A stretch of 64,000 bases of DNA from Anthoceros angustus (lineage: Eukaryota; Plantae; Anthocerotophyta): assembly GCA_010909165.1 (NCBI GenBank), contig MU008161.1:62001-126000 (forward strand), written 5' to 3'. A program made the position numbers and the translations under genes. Shown piece after piece: positions 38,760-49,931 of this stretch. The notes below the pieces were generated by a model. That model searched no databases. It saw only the letters and a program-made list of their open reading frames with translations, and was not told the DNA's origin. Position 1 is the first letter of the stretch, and every line of letters starts with the position of its first letter.

Positions 38760-39700
38760 AGTAATGGCGTGAAGGTCCATGGCTCTGCCTATGGCTGCAG
38801 CACTGGGGTCGAGTGACTTGAGGTGCTGCTGTAGAGCCTGTTTGGAAAACCCATCAGGCGCTCGCCTCTACTCCAGGTTCCTCCCATTGCTGAGTGGTAG
38901 TGTTAAGGAGCATGCCATTGCCTTGAGCTCTGTATGCAAAAGAGCCTGGAAAACTCACGAGCGTGGGCAGCGTCTGTCTCGGCTGCCCTGGCACATTGGT
39001 AGGGAACCAAGGTGCACGCTCACTAGCAGTGACTGGCTTGGGCTGATGATGTGGTTCCAAGACCAGCTGCAGCTGCAAGTGGGGATCCCTGGTGGTGCCA
39101 CGTAAGGCTAGCTCCAGAACCGAAAGAGGGACAAGGTTTGTCCAATAATTGCGTAGCCTGTGGGCATAGCTACCCACCTGGGCAGCATCCATAAGGAATG
39201 GGAGCCCACATAATGCTGCACAATCACCATGTCCTGTTGCACATGTGGGCGTGAGTCCAGCTGGGCAGGTGTGTTTTCCAAGAGATAAGCACAGCGTGGA
39301 TTATCTTGCTGAGCCCATGCGAGCACCTGGTGCAAGTCCCGAAAGAGGCCTGAACGTGCATCTTCTAAGCCTTGGCCACGGCCTGCCCTGGAAAACCCCT
39401 GGCATTCCCAGCCAGCGATGACCATGTCCACAGGTCCCAAAGCATGGATGTGGGCCTGTTGGATGTACTGCACATCCTGTGGCCAGGCCGTAAAAAACGC
39501 TGTGAGTGGCCTCTGGGGTAGTTGCTGTGGAAAGCTGTTGCAGCCCAAGCAGTCTGAAGGCTGCAATGTCCCTGGCTATTGGGTCCTTGTCACAATAGAC
39601 ATAGCGGATAGTGAGCCCGTCAATAGCAAAGCCTCCAGGCCAGTGCAGATACCCCAAATAGCTCTACCACCGTTAGTTCAGGCTGAGAGGGTGCCCACGT
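38760..39700 (-). CDS. C5 cytosine DNA methyltransferase catalytic domain (DNMT3-like) within pol
   Basis: Motif I VVELFG(G)ICTGLEAL, II CDKD, IV DMVIAGWECQGFSRAG, V RSGLF, VI LLEN, VIII DAAQVGSYAHRLRNYWTNL, IX ERLMGF, X IGRAMD, all in canonical order. Several small frameshifts. Confidence 0.92.
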
Positions 39701-39921
39701 GATCACAGTGCAGTTCAGCAGCTTGTCCTGTGGGATGCGCCAACCCTGTAGCCACAAGGCTCTGGACACGTTGCAATTGAGCCTTGGCATTCTGCAAACG
39801 TGCGGCCACCTCAGCAGGGTAGTCTGGATGAGCCATGGCTTGAGACAAAGTGCTGCCACTGCCAGGTGAGTCCTCATCAGCTGCAGACTCCAGCTGCCGT
39901 TCTACATGGGCAGTGTCCTCA

Positions 39922-41001
39922 CTAGCTCGCCAAGGTTGCAAGACTGAATGTCACAAACCATTTGGCTACAAGCGAGGCCACATCAGCAACTGTTTTACCA
40001 TGAAGGTCCAGTGGCAGATGCGCCACACGGAGCCCCCCTTGTCTCCAATCAGGCCTGTAAAAGGCTTGTTCCGTCCAGTTGTCCACGCCAATGCCTGGTG
40101 GGTACAAAAATTCTTGACCCAACAAGACATCGTAGTTGGTGGCTGTGGTCACAAGACAGGGCAATGACAAGGTCATCTCATCTGGCGTGCCCGGGTTAAG
40201 GGTAATATCCACCGGTCGGATGGTTTCCCCACACACTGGCTCAATTGCCCTGGAAGCAGTCCTGATGTTCCAGGGTGATGTGCGAAGAGCATCACCCTTC
40301 AGATGCAACCTGGCTGCCAGCACCTTGCCGATTATGACTGGCTGTGCACCTGTGTCAAGCAGCACCACCCTGGGTGCGTAACCATTCACCACGTGCCCTG
40401 CTCGATTATCAACAACAGCGTTGCTATAACCCGGTGTTGAGCCTGTTGGCTGCACTCGTGGTCTGTCACCAACTTGGCCTGCCACCTGTACACTGCAGAC
40501 TCCTTCCAGCAAGCCGGAATGCATTCGTGGCTGCTCCATGGGCTGAAGGCTGCTGTCACAGCGTGACGATCTGTCTGGTGGGAGTTCCCACAATCGGGCA
40601 TGAGCAACCACAGGATCGGGCTCATTGCATGTGGCCACAACTTCTAGTGTCTGCATCATTTGCTGCAGCCGGCTGGGTGTAACTCCAAGCTCCTGGAGAG
40701 TGAAGAGTGGGATCTCCGTGAGCCTCTTAGCCACCTGTTCAGCAGTGACAGCCTGTGGAAGCAAGTACAATTTTTCCGCGTGATATGCCCTGCCCCTTGA
40801 GGGGCTGATCCACTTGGCTCTGACCTGATGAAGAATGGCTCTGCCCCTGATCGGAATGGCAGAACCTGGCGGCAATGGCACATAGGATTGAGGCATCACT
40901 GCCCTCGCCCCTCGTTGCCTAGTGACAGGTCCAGTAGCTGCTGATGTAATGTCCAGCGTGGTATTTGGGAGCACATGCCCCACCCAGCTGGTCGGCATCA
41001 C
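39922..41001 (-). CDS. Retroviral-type aspartic protease region
   Basis: VVLLDTGAQPVIIG and YDVLLGQEFL in the 359-aa ORF. Confidence 0.9.
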   Translation of the reverse strand: MMPTSWVGHVLPNTTLDITSAATGPVTRQRGARAVMPQSYVPLPPGSAIPIRGRAILHQVRAKWISPSRGRAYHAEKLYLLPQAVTAEQVAKRLTEIPLFTLQELGVTPSRLQQMMQTLEVVATCNEPDPVVAHARLWELPPDRSSRCDSSLQPMEQPRMHSGLLEGVCSVQVAGQVGDRPRVQPTGSTPGYSNAVVDNRAGHVVNGYAPRVVLLDTGAQPVIIGKVLAARLHLKGDALRTSPWNIRTASRAIEPVCGETIRPVDITLNPGTPDEMTLSLPCLVTTATNYDVLLGQEFLYPPGIGVDNWTEQAFYRPDWRQGGLRVAHLPLDLHGKTVADVASLVAKWFVTFSLATLAS

Positions 41002-41096
41002 AACACGTCCCTCTTGGCTGTCACTTGGTGCCTTATCCGCTGTGCAGACCTGATGTGGCAGGCCGTAGTCCTCTCCTTCAGGTACTGCAACAAGTT

Positions 41097-42400
41097 CTAC
41101 TGCTGCAGCGGTTTGGCTCCTTCAGCACTAGAGAGATTGGCCACCTGCGTGGCCAATGCTGCCAGTGCCTCCAAGGTTGCGACCTTCTCAGCATTGGCAG
41201 TATTCTTGGCCTTGGCCTTGTCACGTTGTTGTTTGCTCCGTGAAGGCCCTGCTGTTCCAGCTGCAGCAGCTGTAGGTGCCACTGCTGTCCCACCAACCTC
41301 TGCCTTTGCCTTCTGATACCGTCTCCGGATGTTTCTGGAAGCAGACCGTGACAACATGGCCGTTCTTCTGGCAGTGAGTGCAGAACAAACCCTCCGATGG
41401 ACACTTGCATGCAGTGGACAAGTGCTCTGGACTGCCACAGTAATTGCATAAGGCTGCAGGTGCTGCTGCTGCTGTAGTAGCTGCTGCCCCTTGGCTGGCT
41501 TAGCTGGCCCTGCCCTTGAGGAAGCTCCCCATGCGTGGTTGACCCCTTGTTGGTGAACATGGACTGGTAGTGATGGAAGGACTTGGCATGCTTGGAGGAG
41601 AACACCGAGTGGCGATCTCCTTCTTCTCCGCCTCTTCATGCACTTGCTCCAAGGTGTAGTTATCACCATATTTGTCCACCAAGGAGGACACAAGCTGGAA
41701 GTGAAAAGAGAATCACCCTCCAGGGCAACTAAGAATTTCTCCGCTGCCTCCTGATCCGTCAACATGCCAGTACCCTCACGTAGCTTTTGCAGCCTACGGA
41801 AGCACATCTGGACTGTCTCCCTTTCTTCCTCGCAAAAGTAGCCAACTCAGCGATTTTCTCCGGAGTTTTGAGGGGAAGGCCTTTTCCAGAATCTTCAGAA
41901 ACTCCTCCACGGGGTTGGCATGCTTGGGAGTCTGGATGAACTCATCAATCCCCTGCTGTTGTCCTCTCCGCTGGGGTGAGGGGCTCACCACTGTAGGAGG
42001 CTGCAGTGCAGCAACAGTGCCATTAGCAATGGCCTGTTGATGAGCTGTAATGGCGGCCTGCAACTTGGCATTGTAGGCTAGCTGCAGCCCCTGGTGCAAA
42101 GGATTCAAGGTCTGCACCGTGGCAGTCAAATCTGCTTGGTGAGCCTCGTACAAATCCAATGCCTCATCAGCCATGTAGGCAGACAGCTGTTCGAACATGT
42201 ACAGGTGATTGTACAACGCAGTGCTTGAACTTCACCCGGCTGATTGCCTCACTCACACGTAGGCGGAAATCTCTCAAAGACATAGTCCCAGGCCTGCCTG
42301 AGAATTTTTCGTGCCTACTTGATGGTCCTGACTCCATGGTATCAGATCCCTCCGAGAGGTCAGCTTTAGTCTGTCCTCCTTGTGCTGTTGAAATCACCAA
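41097..42400 (-). CDS. Gag with two CCHC zinc knuckles
   Basis: KFSG...SLRDF near the N-terminus. CNYCGSPEHLSTAC and CTHCQKNGHVVTVC at ~41340-41450. Confidence 0.8.
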
Positions 42401-42868
42401 TGAATGGTCAGCACCTGGCCTCCACTATCCTGCCTCAAGTCACCAAAATCTGGTGCAACTGGATCGGGGCCTGGTTAGCAAAGGGGACCAACTTGTGCCT
42501 GCAGCAGTTGTAGCTGCTCAGCACCAGGATCTGCTCCGCTGGGTCTCCTCCTAGAGACAGCTTGCCGCAGGCTGGCCTCCTCCTTGCAAAGACCCTGGCT
42601 GGCACGTCCCTTGTCCTCAGTCGAGCGTGGACTACCTCCCTCCTCGTCAGAGGGCATTGCCCATGTAGACAGCACGCCAGAGATCAGCCACCAGCAAGGT
42701 AAGCAAGTGCTGCAAGGCAGCCTCCGAGAAAGCAAAACCCCAGCCACAGAATCAATGTGAAACGCAAAATTCCTGAACACACCAACGCTGCAACTCTGAT
42801 CCTTCTCCTCAGTAAGCAAAAGGGACCTGGAATATCACTATCCTAGCACCTATGCTGCAACAAGGGAA

Positions 42869-43240
42869 GTGATGGCTGCAAATAGCCAATTTCCCCAACT
42901 GAACCCTAAGTGCCCAACCTTTCCAAGGCATTCAGTCCTTGAATTGCACTCGGAAGTAGAAAAAAATGGTACCAACAGATTTGTCTCAACAAGGCGAACA
43001 CTTTGGTATGCAAATCGGCGGAAACCGACCTGTGGAGCGATCGCTATGAACGCTGATGGCTGCAAATAGCCAATTTCCACACCTGAACCCTAAGTGCTCA
43101 ACCTCTCCAAGGCATTCAGTCCCTGGATTGCACTCGAAAGTAGACAAAAATGGTACCAACAGATTCGTCTCAACAAGGCGAACACTCTGGTATGCAAATC
43201 GGCGGAAACCGACCTGTGGGGCGATCGCTATGAACGCTGG
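42869..43240. repeat. 187-bp tandem duplication in the leader/LTR of the DNMT-gypsy
   Basis: GATGGCTGCAAATAGCCAATTTCC...GCGATCGCTATGAACGCTG occurs twice. Confidence 0.92.
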
Positions 43241-43973
43241 AAGACTTGGGCAGCTTGCTGCAGATGAAATGCAGCTGCTTCTGCTGCACAATCAGGGCGT
43301 GTGGGGGATGCTGCCTTGCTAGAGTTGCACGGCCGCCTCCACCAGCTCACTCGCCTCACACGTGAGCTCCAGCAATTGAAAGCAGTTGTCGAAGTAGACA
43401 AGCCAGCAGCGCTCACATGTGCTGTGGCGCACCTCGGTGCAAATACGAATCAAAGGGCTGCCCTACACGGGCTGCCTGGAGTTGGTAAATCCGTGACCTG
43501 CCGCAGCACACACACATTGCAATCGTTCTGAGCCACATGCACACCAAAACCTTGCATTCCAATTAGAAATCCAGCAACACCGCGGTTTTGCGTGAGTCTC
43601 AGCAACATTCCCTTTCCACGGACTTCGACAACTGGTTGTTGCAGCTGCCATCGCCAGTCTTGAGGTCTTGGCCACCATCATGAGCTAGCACCTCCCTCTC
43701 GGTGTGATGAGGCCACCACCTCGCGTGATCCTTTGGCCGTTGCAGCAGCGGGCTTCATGATGTAGCCCACGAGCCACCTGCCGGGTTTGCAGCCCTCGTT
43801 CTAGAAATGACCTAAATGGCCTAATAACCTATCCTGATAATGTCAGCTAAATAGCTTCATATGGGGTAAGCTAATTAATAGCTATTTCCTAATGGCCAAA
43901 ATCACATATATAGCCAGCCTACCTCTAGGCTACTATATATATTCTTGTGAAACAAGTCTGGTGCCACGACAAC

Positions 43974-44953
43974 TGTGGAACATGTGGGAAGGTGAGTGGA
44001 GGTTACAAAGTAGGCGATACGGGCGGTGGTACGGTTCGGTCAGAACCTTCGGCCTGATGATAAGGGTGGTACGATTCGATCCGGTTTGTTGGAAGGGTAG
44101 AGCGATACCTGGAGTGTTGTCTTTGGTCCTACGCTCGTGTATTCCAATGCCCACCCTAGTAGTGTCCGGACGAGGGCAGTATGCCATAAACTGCTCTCCG
44201 TAACCCTCCCCGCACCTCCTCCCTCCTTCCGCAAGCATGGGACTGCTGGAAGGGTTTTCAGTCGTAGTAGGAAGAGGATAAGTTAGGAATCCGGAGTATG
44301 GAGATAGTAAGCAAATGGAACGGATCATTCCCTTGGGACTGAACCCCATACTACATGACACGGGATTAGCGCACGCCCGGCTGGCTTTCAGCGAAAGTAG
44401 CTCCACATTTTGGCAATGATTTCTTAAGAAATCCGTAAAGCCAACAGGCGAGCCACCATAGGATGTCGATTGCCTCGAGCCATAGCCGGGCATAGAGGTC
44501 GTGCTTGGTCCACGATCTACCAAAGTATCTATAGACTTGCAATTGGGTCCTAGCCATGAGGATATGGAGTCCTATGCTCTAATACCATTGATTAGCCGTT
44601 GTATTTACCTTCATTGGGTAAAGGCCAGTTGTATTCACCTGCATTTGGTAAACGGCGTTTATCTCCACCTTTCAAGTGCTCGTCAAGCGGTTCTCCTGTC
44701 GAAATTGGCTGCTTCTGTGACCAACCTCTGTTCTAAATACTTGTGAAGCCTTTATCTATGTCTAGCCTCCGCTGCCCGTCAGAGCCTCTCGTGCTATGCT
44801 GCAAAGTACATTCAGCTCCCTGGTAGTTTTTTGGTTTTTTGAGCTGGATATCTAAAGGGATAGTGAACAAGTATTTTTTCTGATGAACAGAGGAATTATG
44901 TATGTAGCCCAGCAGAAAGAATGCCGGACAACCAGCCTGATACACACTCCACA
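43974..44953. mobile_element. Probable solo LTR (TGTGGA...TCCACA) abutting the DNMT-gypsy 5' LTR
   Basis: Same terminal motifs as 25153-29372. No TSD. Confidence 0.4.
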
Positions 44954-45169
44954 GCAGGCAAAAGGACTAATCGAGTTAAGGGGGATGGCCGCCAACATGT
45001 CAACAATTATGAGCTAAGCGACGCTGCCTCAGCAGAAGAAAAGCTGCGCAGAAGATAGAAAGATTGAAAGCTCCGCTCCTACTCAGGCTTCAGTCAAAAG
45101 TTCAGAAATGCACAGGCTGCCTGTCAGCTGTGTCCATCCGTGCTAAACTGGAAACATACAGTGCTTTTT

Positions 45170-47551
45170 CTAGATGAAGTATGAGTCCCTAGTAACAGAC
45201 TCCACCCAGTTCCGCTTCTCCACTCGCAGCACTCCCGAGCAAAACACCTTCACTTCACACTCTGCAGGGCCCTCTATTTTGTTCCGAGCTTGGTCAATTT
45301 CCTCAGTGATTGGATCGTCCTCTGCTGGGAATGTCAGGTGTCCACACTCTTGACCACTTTCAAGCTTGTACATCTTTGCATCCTGCATATAGATGCCGTT
45401 GCCGTGGTACTCCAGCTTCAAGTCACACAGCAGTGTCAGGTCCATCCTGCAACTGAGCACATGGAGAATATTCGAGGCAAGTGTCGGACAAACCTTAGTG
45501 AAGAGCTTGTTGGACAGGTACAGAGTGACACTCCCATTTCCGCACTGTATCTCAACCTGAACCATCAGTCCCAACAGCATCATGTCCTGAGTTTGATTGA
45601 AGGCATTCAAGAAATCAACTTCACCCAGAAGTCAATCACAGACCTACCTCCCGTGCATGTTCATGAAGTTGAAGTTCCACATTTCCACCATTTGTGACAA
45701 TTTTCGCCTTCCTGGAGCCAACCCACATTTGAGAGAGCAAGCGGGGGACTTAATAATTTCACTCCTTGAACAACATACACATCAGTGCATGCGAGTTTTA
45801 CCCTTCTAATCCACCGATGGTTGCTGCTCCTCCATCAGATGATACCTGCAAATGTACTTGTTTATAGCATGAGCTTCATCAAAACCAAGTCCTCCGCATA
45901 CTTGAGTTGTGTAGGTTAGGCAGTTTACGTCTAAAAGAGTAGATGCCTGAGCATGATTTAGCACGATGGAGCCTCCATGGGAAGAGACTACAACATCTGC
46001 ATGCAAGTCAAAACACGTAAAACATTTTTAGCCGTCCACATAGCCCTTGACACACTACACTTCAGACACTGCACAAAGACAGTAACAGTGAACCGTGTGA
46101 TTACCATCCCCATACAAGGTTGCTACTTCTATGTCCCCTCCTCCACTGTCGATCTTCCACCGTGCTCCAAAAGCCCTGTTCACTCTTACATCGCCTCCAC
46201 CAGTCTTTACATTTGCAATAGCGGAAAGCTGTTCCAGTGAAGAGATTAAGTACAGCTTCCAAAAAGTACTTTTCCAGAGTTTCACAATAGAAGAGACTAT
46301 CGTAGTTGAGACTAGCTGGGATGTAGTGCGAACTTCACAGCTGACGTCAGTGGAGCAGAGCAAGAGTATTACATTCTCGGCATTCAAAGAACCTCCACCA
46401 GAATCAATCTCTGCTGTGGTTGCCTTCAGCTCACCTTACAACAACGAAGAGCTACATTGTTTCAAATGGCTGAGAGTCAGAGTTAAACAAGGACATCCAC
46501 GTATAACGCACTACAAACAACCCATTGAGTTCTGACCTCTTACCAAGCTGGATATTTCCCCCTGTCGTTCTCAGCCGCAAACTTCCTTCTCGCTGCATGC
46601 AGCAAAAGTCCAATTACCCAAAATAGACCATCTTAAATGATGGCTTCCTTGTTTCCTCTTTGGCAAGCCACAACTTTCTGCAACATGCTAGTCAATTGAA
46701 AGATCACCAAAATCGGTCATACCAGCTTCTGGATGAACACATCACCTTCACCTGCCTCGACATCAAGACTACACCATCTTTCAGGTATTGTTGTGAGTAA
46801 GGCCACAAGATCCAACTCTTTTGTATCACGAGCTTCAGTCAAAACTGGAGATACAAAAGGCAATTGCAAGATCTAGTATCTTCAAGAGATGATGTGTTGA
46901 GAGTATGAATACAATTCAGTCACAAGCGGGTTATGATGCATACCCAGTGTCCCATTTTCCCTCGAGAGGTCAAACAACGACCAGTCAGTATGGAACAGTT
47001 TATGGTGCAGAGTGGCCTACGTACCACATAAGCAATCGTCCCACATGAGCAAATGTCCTAGTAAATGATACTGGCATTGAAGTCCGCAGCACTCAATCTC
47101 ACCTCAAAAGCAACCTCCTCCAGGTTGCTACTCACTCTCACATCCACCTTGCCCTTTGTCCCCAAAAACTTCAGCTGCAAGGGCAACATAGCTCGCCACT
47201 TCTCAGCTGCTCTAGACAAGGATATTGACAAACTTGGAGTTGAAAAACTGCACTTGTCCACACCTTCACTACAGACCCAACGGTAATTGGCACTTGCTTG
47301 TGGATATGATTCAATAGCCCATCTGCTCCCGACGAGAATCCCACTCTTCCTGTGCCAACATCAAAAGCCTTCAACTCTGCCAGGTTCTGTCTGGCTTGTG
47401 GGTACGTGACCCTAAAATCAACCGCAATTCTTGATGATGTTGTCGTGCTCCGGGCGCAAGCAGCTTCACGGGCAAGAACTTCTGGAGCACTTGCTGTAGC
47501 ACTGATTGTTTTCAAACTGCAAAGTTTGTAGACTCGCCTTCCACCCCTCAT
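45170..47551 (-). CDS. Multi-exon DUF4098/FAM185A-like protein, possibly organelle-targeted
   Basis: Repeated beta-strand/GG-turn units across short GT-AG introns: SLDVEAGEGDVFIQKL, IDSGGGSLNA, VKTGGGDVRV, IDSGGGDIEVATLYG, VSSHGGSIVL, IQCGNGSVTLYL. R/S/T-rich N-terminus MRGGRRV. Exact exon boundaries not resolved. Confidence 0.7.
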
Positions 47552-47916
47552 CTATCAATCGACAGAGGAGTAGTCTTTTCAAATCTCTTCACAGGCCAGG
47601 CTACCGCAACTGTTTCGATGTGCCAGGAAACGGCGTCCAGAATTCAGCAATCCAACGAAGACACGACATGTTGGTGGGATCAATGAACTCACGACAGACA
47701 TCTTGCTTTATCGCACGGAGATTACAACACGCTGCTGAGCTGCTCCAATGGCAAATAGACTCAGACGTTTGGCTTGGCATGTCAATTACATCTGGAGCCA
47801 ACCCATTGTTCAAACTCTATGCCCAACTCGCGATAGGTGAGCTTCGGTCGGGCCACACGGATCGGCCAACCTTGCTGTTCAGGTGCCGATTTCCTAGCTT
47901 TTGATAAAAAATTCCA

Positions 47917-49931
47917 TTACACGCCACGTTGGTCCGAAGTCACTCCGGTTCCTCCAACGGGCTGCAACTTCCGATCCGAGAGACCTAGGTCTTGTGCAAT
48001 AACAAGTTCCTTGAGGACTACCGACGTGTCATTTGTCTTGCTCGACTTCGAATAGGATCTATAGTACAGGGCACCGAAGACCACGGCCTGCAGGGAGGGA
48101 GTATTTCAGATTCTCCAAGCCAAAGGAAAGAGGTCTTCAGATGTGTATGTGAATGGAGAAAGTTTATGAAACTTACCGCTCCCGCCCACTGCCCAAGTGT
48201 AAGGGGGTGAACGAACACGATACATGATAGGATGATGCTAAGCAGCTGGAACAGAAGAGTCAGCAAGACAGGAGAGTCACCCAGCCAGAACAAACAAGAG
48301 CTAGCAAAACGTACAACGAGTCAGCAAAGCTGATCACTGACCTGTCTTGTAGTCATGATGGTGGCAAAGATGAGCGCTCCGAAATTACGGATCGTGTAAG
48401 AAATGGCGAATTGGCTAGAAGTGGCCGACTGCACATGTTGAAAAACTTTCACACAAGCTCTTATGTATCAACCATTCCACATCAAGACTCGAACAGAAGT
48501 CTCACCAGAGAAAGCATGAGGATGTCAGAGAGACAGTCAGGATGACGCATCACGAAATTTAAAGCCAAAAATAATTGCCCTTGTAGAATAAGACCTGCAA
48601 TTGAAGTGAGTGGGCACCCTCAATCCATAGTGCATACCCAGCAAGTTGACTGTGAGTATTTGGAGCACTACTGGACAGTATACTGACGTACCCATCAAGG
48701 ACAAGAATCCTGACACAATGGTGACATAAAGAATCTGGTTGAAAATTTCCATGTTGTATCCTTTGAAAAGCATGTCCTGAAGGGTGCTCGTAAAGCCATC
48801 GGTCCTAGAAACCAAATTGGACAAGATGAGGGAAGACTGAAACAGCTTCAAAGAAAACTGCCAGCAAACAGGCACTCACCCAAGATAGCCTAGCATCAAA
48901 ATGATGCCCCATAGGCTGCTGTCTCTGTCATTCAGTGCTGCTTTGGGATCCCTCTGAGCGAACCGCATTCAGATTACAAAAGTTCCAGAGAAAGTTCAGA
49001 GAACATCAAACATTGCAAATCCATTCAATAAATGTCAAAGCAACAAACTTCAACTCGCTTAGGAAATGGACATGGAATACATGTGCATACTGCAGCGAGG
49101 AAAAATGCGGCGCAGCCTGCAGTCACAGCCACTGTGATGAGGTAATCCTTGGGAGTATATTTCTTTTGCATGATGCACGTACCCCAGATCTGTCAAAGGG
49201 ACCATTGATAAGAAGATAGGTAAGCAGGTGAACATCAGGTAGAACATGGTTCAAACAAATGTGCTGGTGGTCAACTACAGTGGCACAGCGACTCACCATC
49301 ACAGGAATCATTTTAGCACACTTTGAGATCGTCTGAACTGGGAAGCTCACATACCTCAAAGCCTACAAAATACATAAGCTGTCAAGCTTCACAAGGCAAA
49401 CAGTACCTGACAAACAGAAAAAACTCGTCTAATGACTACCTCATATTGGCATCCTGTGGACACCAAATTGGAGAAAGACACTCCTGCATACTTGAAAAGA
49501 GGTGCAACAGGGGCTAGTGACTTCCCCTGCACCTGTACATAACAACAATTAGACCGCTGGAACAGAAAGCAATCACAACTGACTGGCAGGAAATGGAACC
49601 CTCTGCAGGCAGGAAATACCAGAATCACTGTGACAGCCACCAGGCTTGTCAGCAGTCTGTTCAAAAACACAATGAGAAGCGAAAAAGTAAAGAGCTCCTT
49701 CTCCTCGCCGTAAGGAGATTTCATAATCCTTTCCTGCTAATGCGAGACAGAAAAAGACATAAGTTCATGGTTGCCATATCCAGCAGAGTACCCTGAGAGC
49801 AAGGACATGGGACTCGTGCCCAGTGACCTGACCTGCATGTAGCCATACACAAGGAGAGTGCTCATAATAGTGACCACACAGAAGGCCAGCTTGGGTGCAT
49901 CCTTGTCCAACAAAAATCTGAATCTGTCCAT
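47917..49931 (-). CDS. UTR5: UDP-galactose/UDP-glucose transporter 5-like (UAA/SLC35B family), multi-exon
   Basis: TLLVYGYMQ|ERIMKSPYG, NRLLTS, PVAPLFKY, CQYE|ALRYVSFPVQTISKCAKMIPVM, DGFTSTLQDMLFKGY, SQFAISYTIRNFGALIFATIMTTRQ, LSCIVFVHPL. Canonical introns. Confidence 0.93.

Larger units (their letters stand above)
34640..43973 (-). mobile_element. Ty3/gypsy LTR retrotransposon encoding a cytosine DNA methyltransferase and a PHD finger
   Basis: Domain order Gag-PR-DNMT-RT-RH-IN-PHD. Flanking direct repeats at ~34640-35188 and ~43398-43971 differ at one position across the ~170-bp AT-rich part. A GGGGG|TGT PPT/LTR-like junction lies at 35311-35304. Candidate PBS TGGTGACTTGAGGCAGGAT at 42445-42427. 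Both LTRs look truncated. Confidence 0.92.

Noticed and set aside
38760-39700. Host DNMT3/DRM gene or bacterial restriction-modification methylase
   Set aside because: It is intronless, embedded collinearly in pol between PR and RT, has non-permuted motif order (unlike DRM), and has no partner nuclease.
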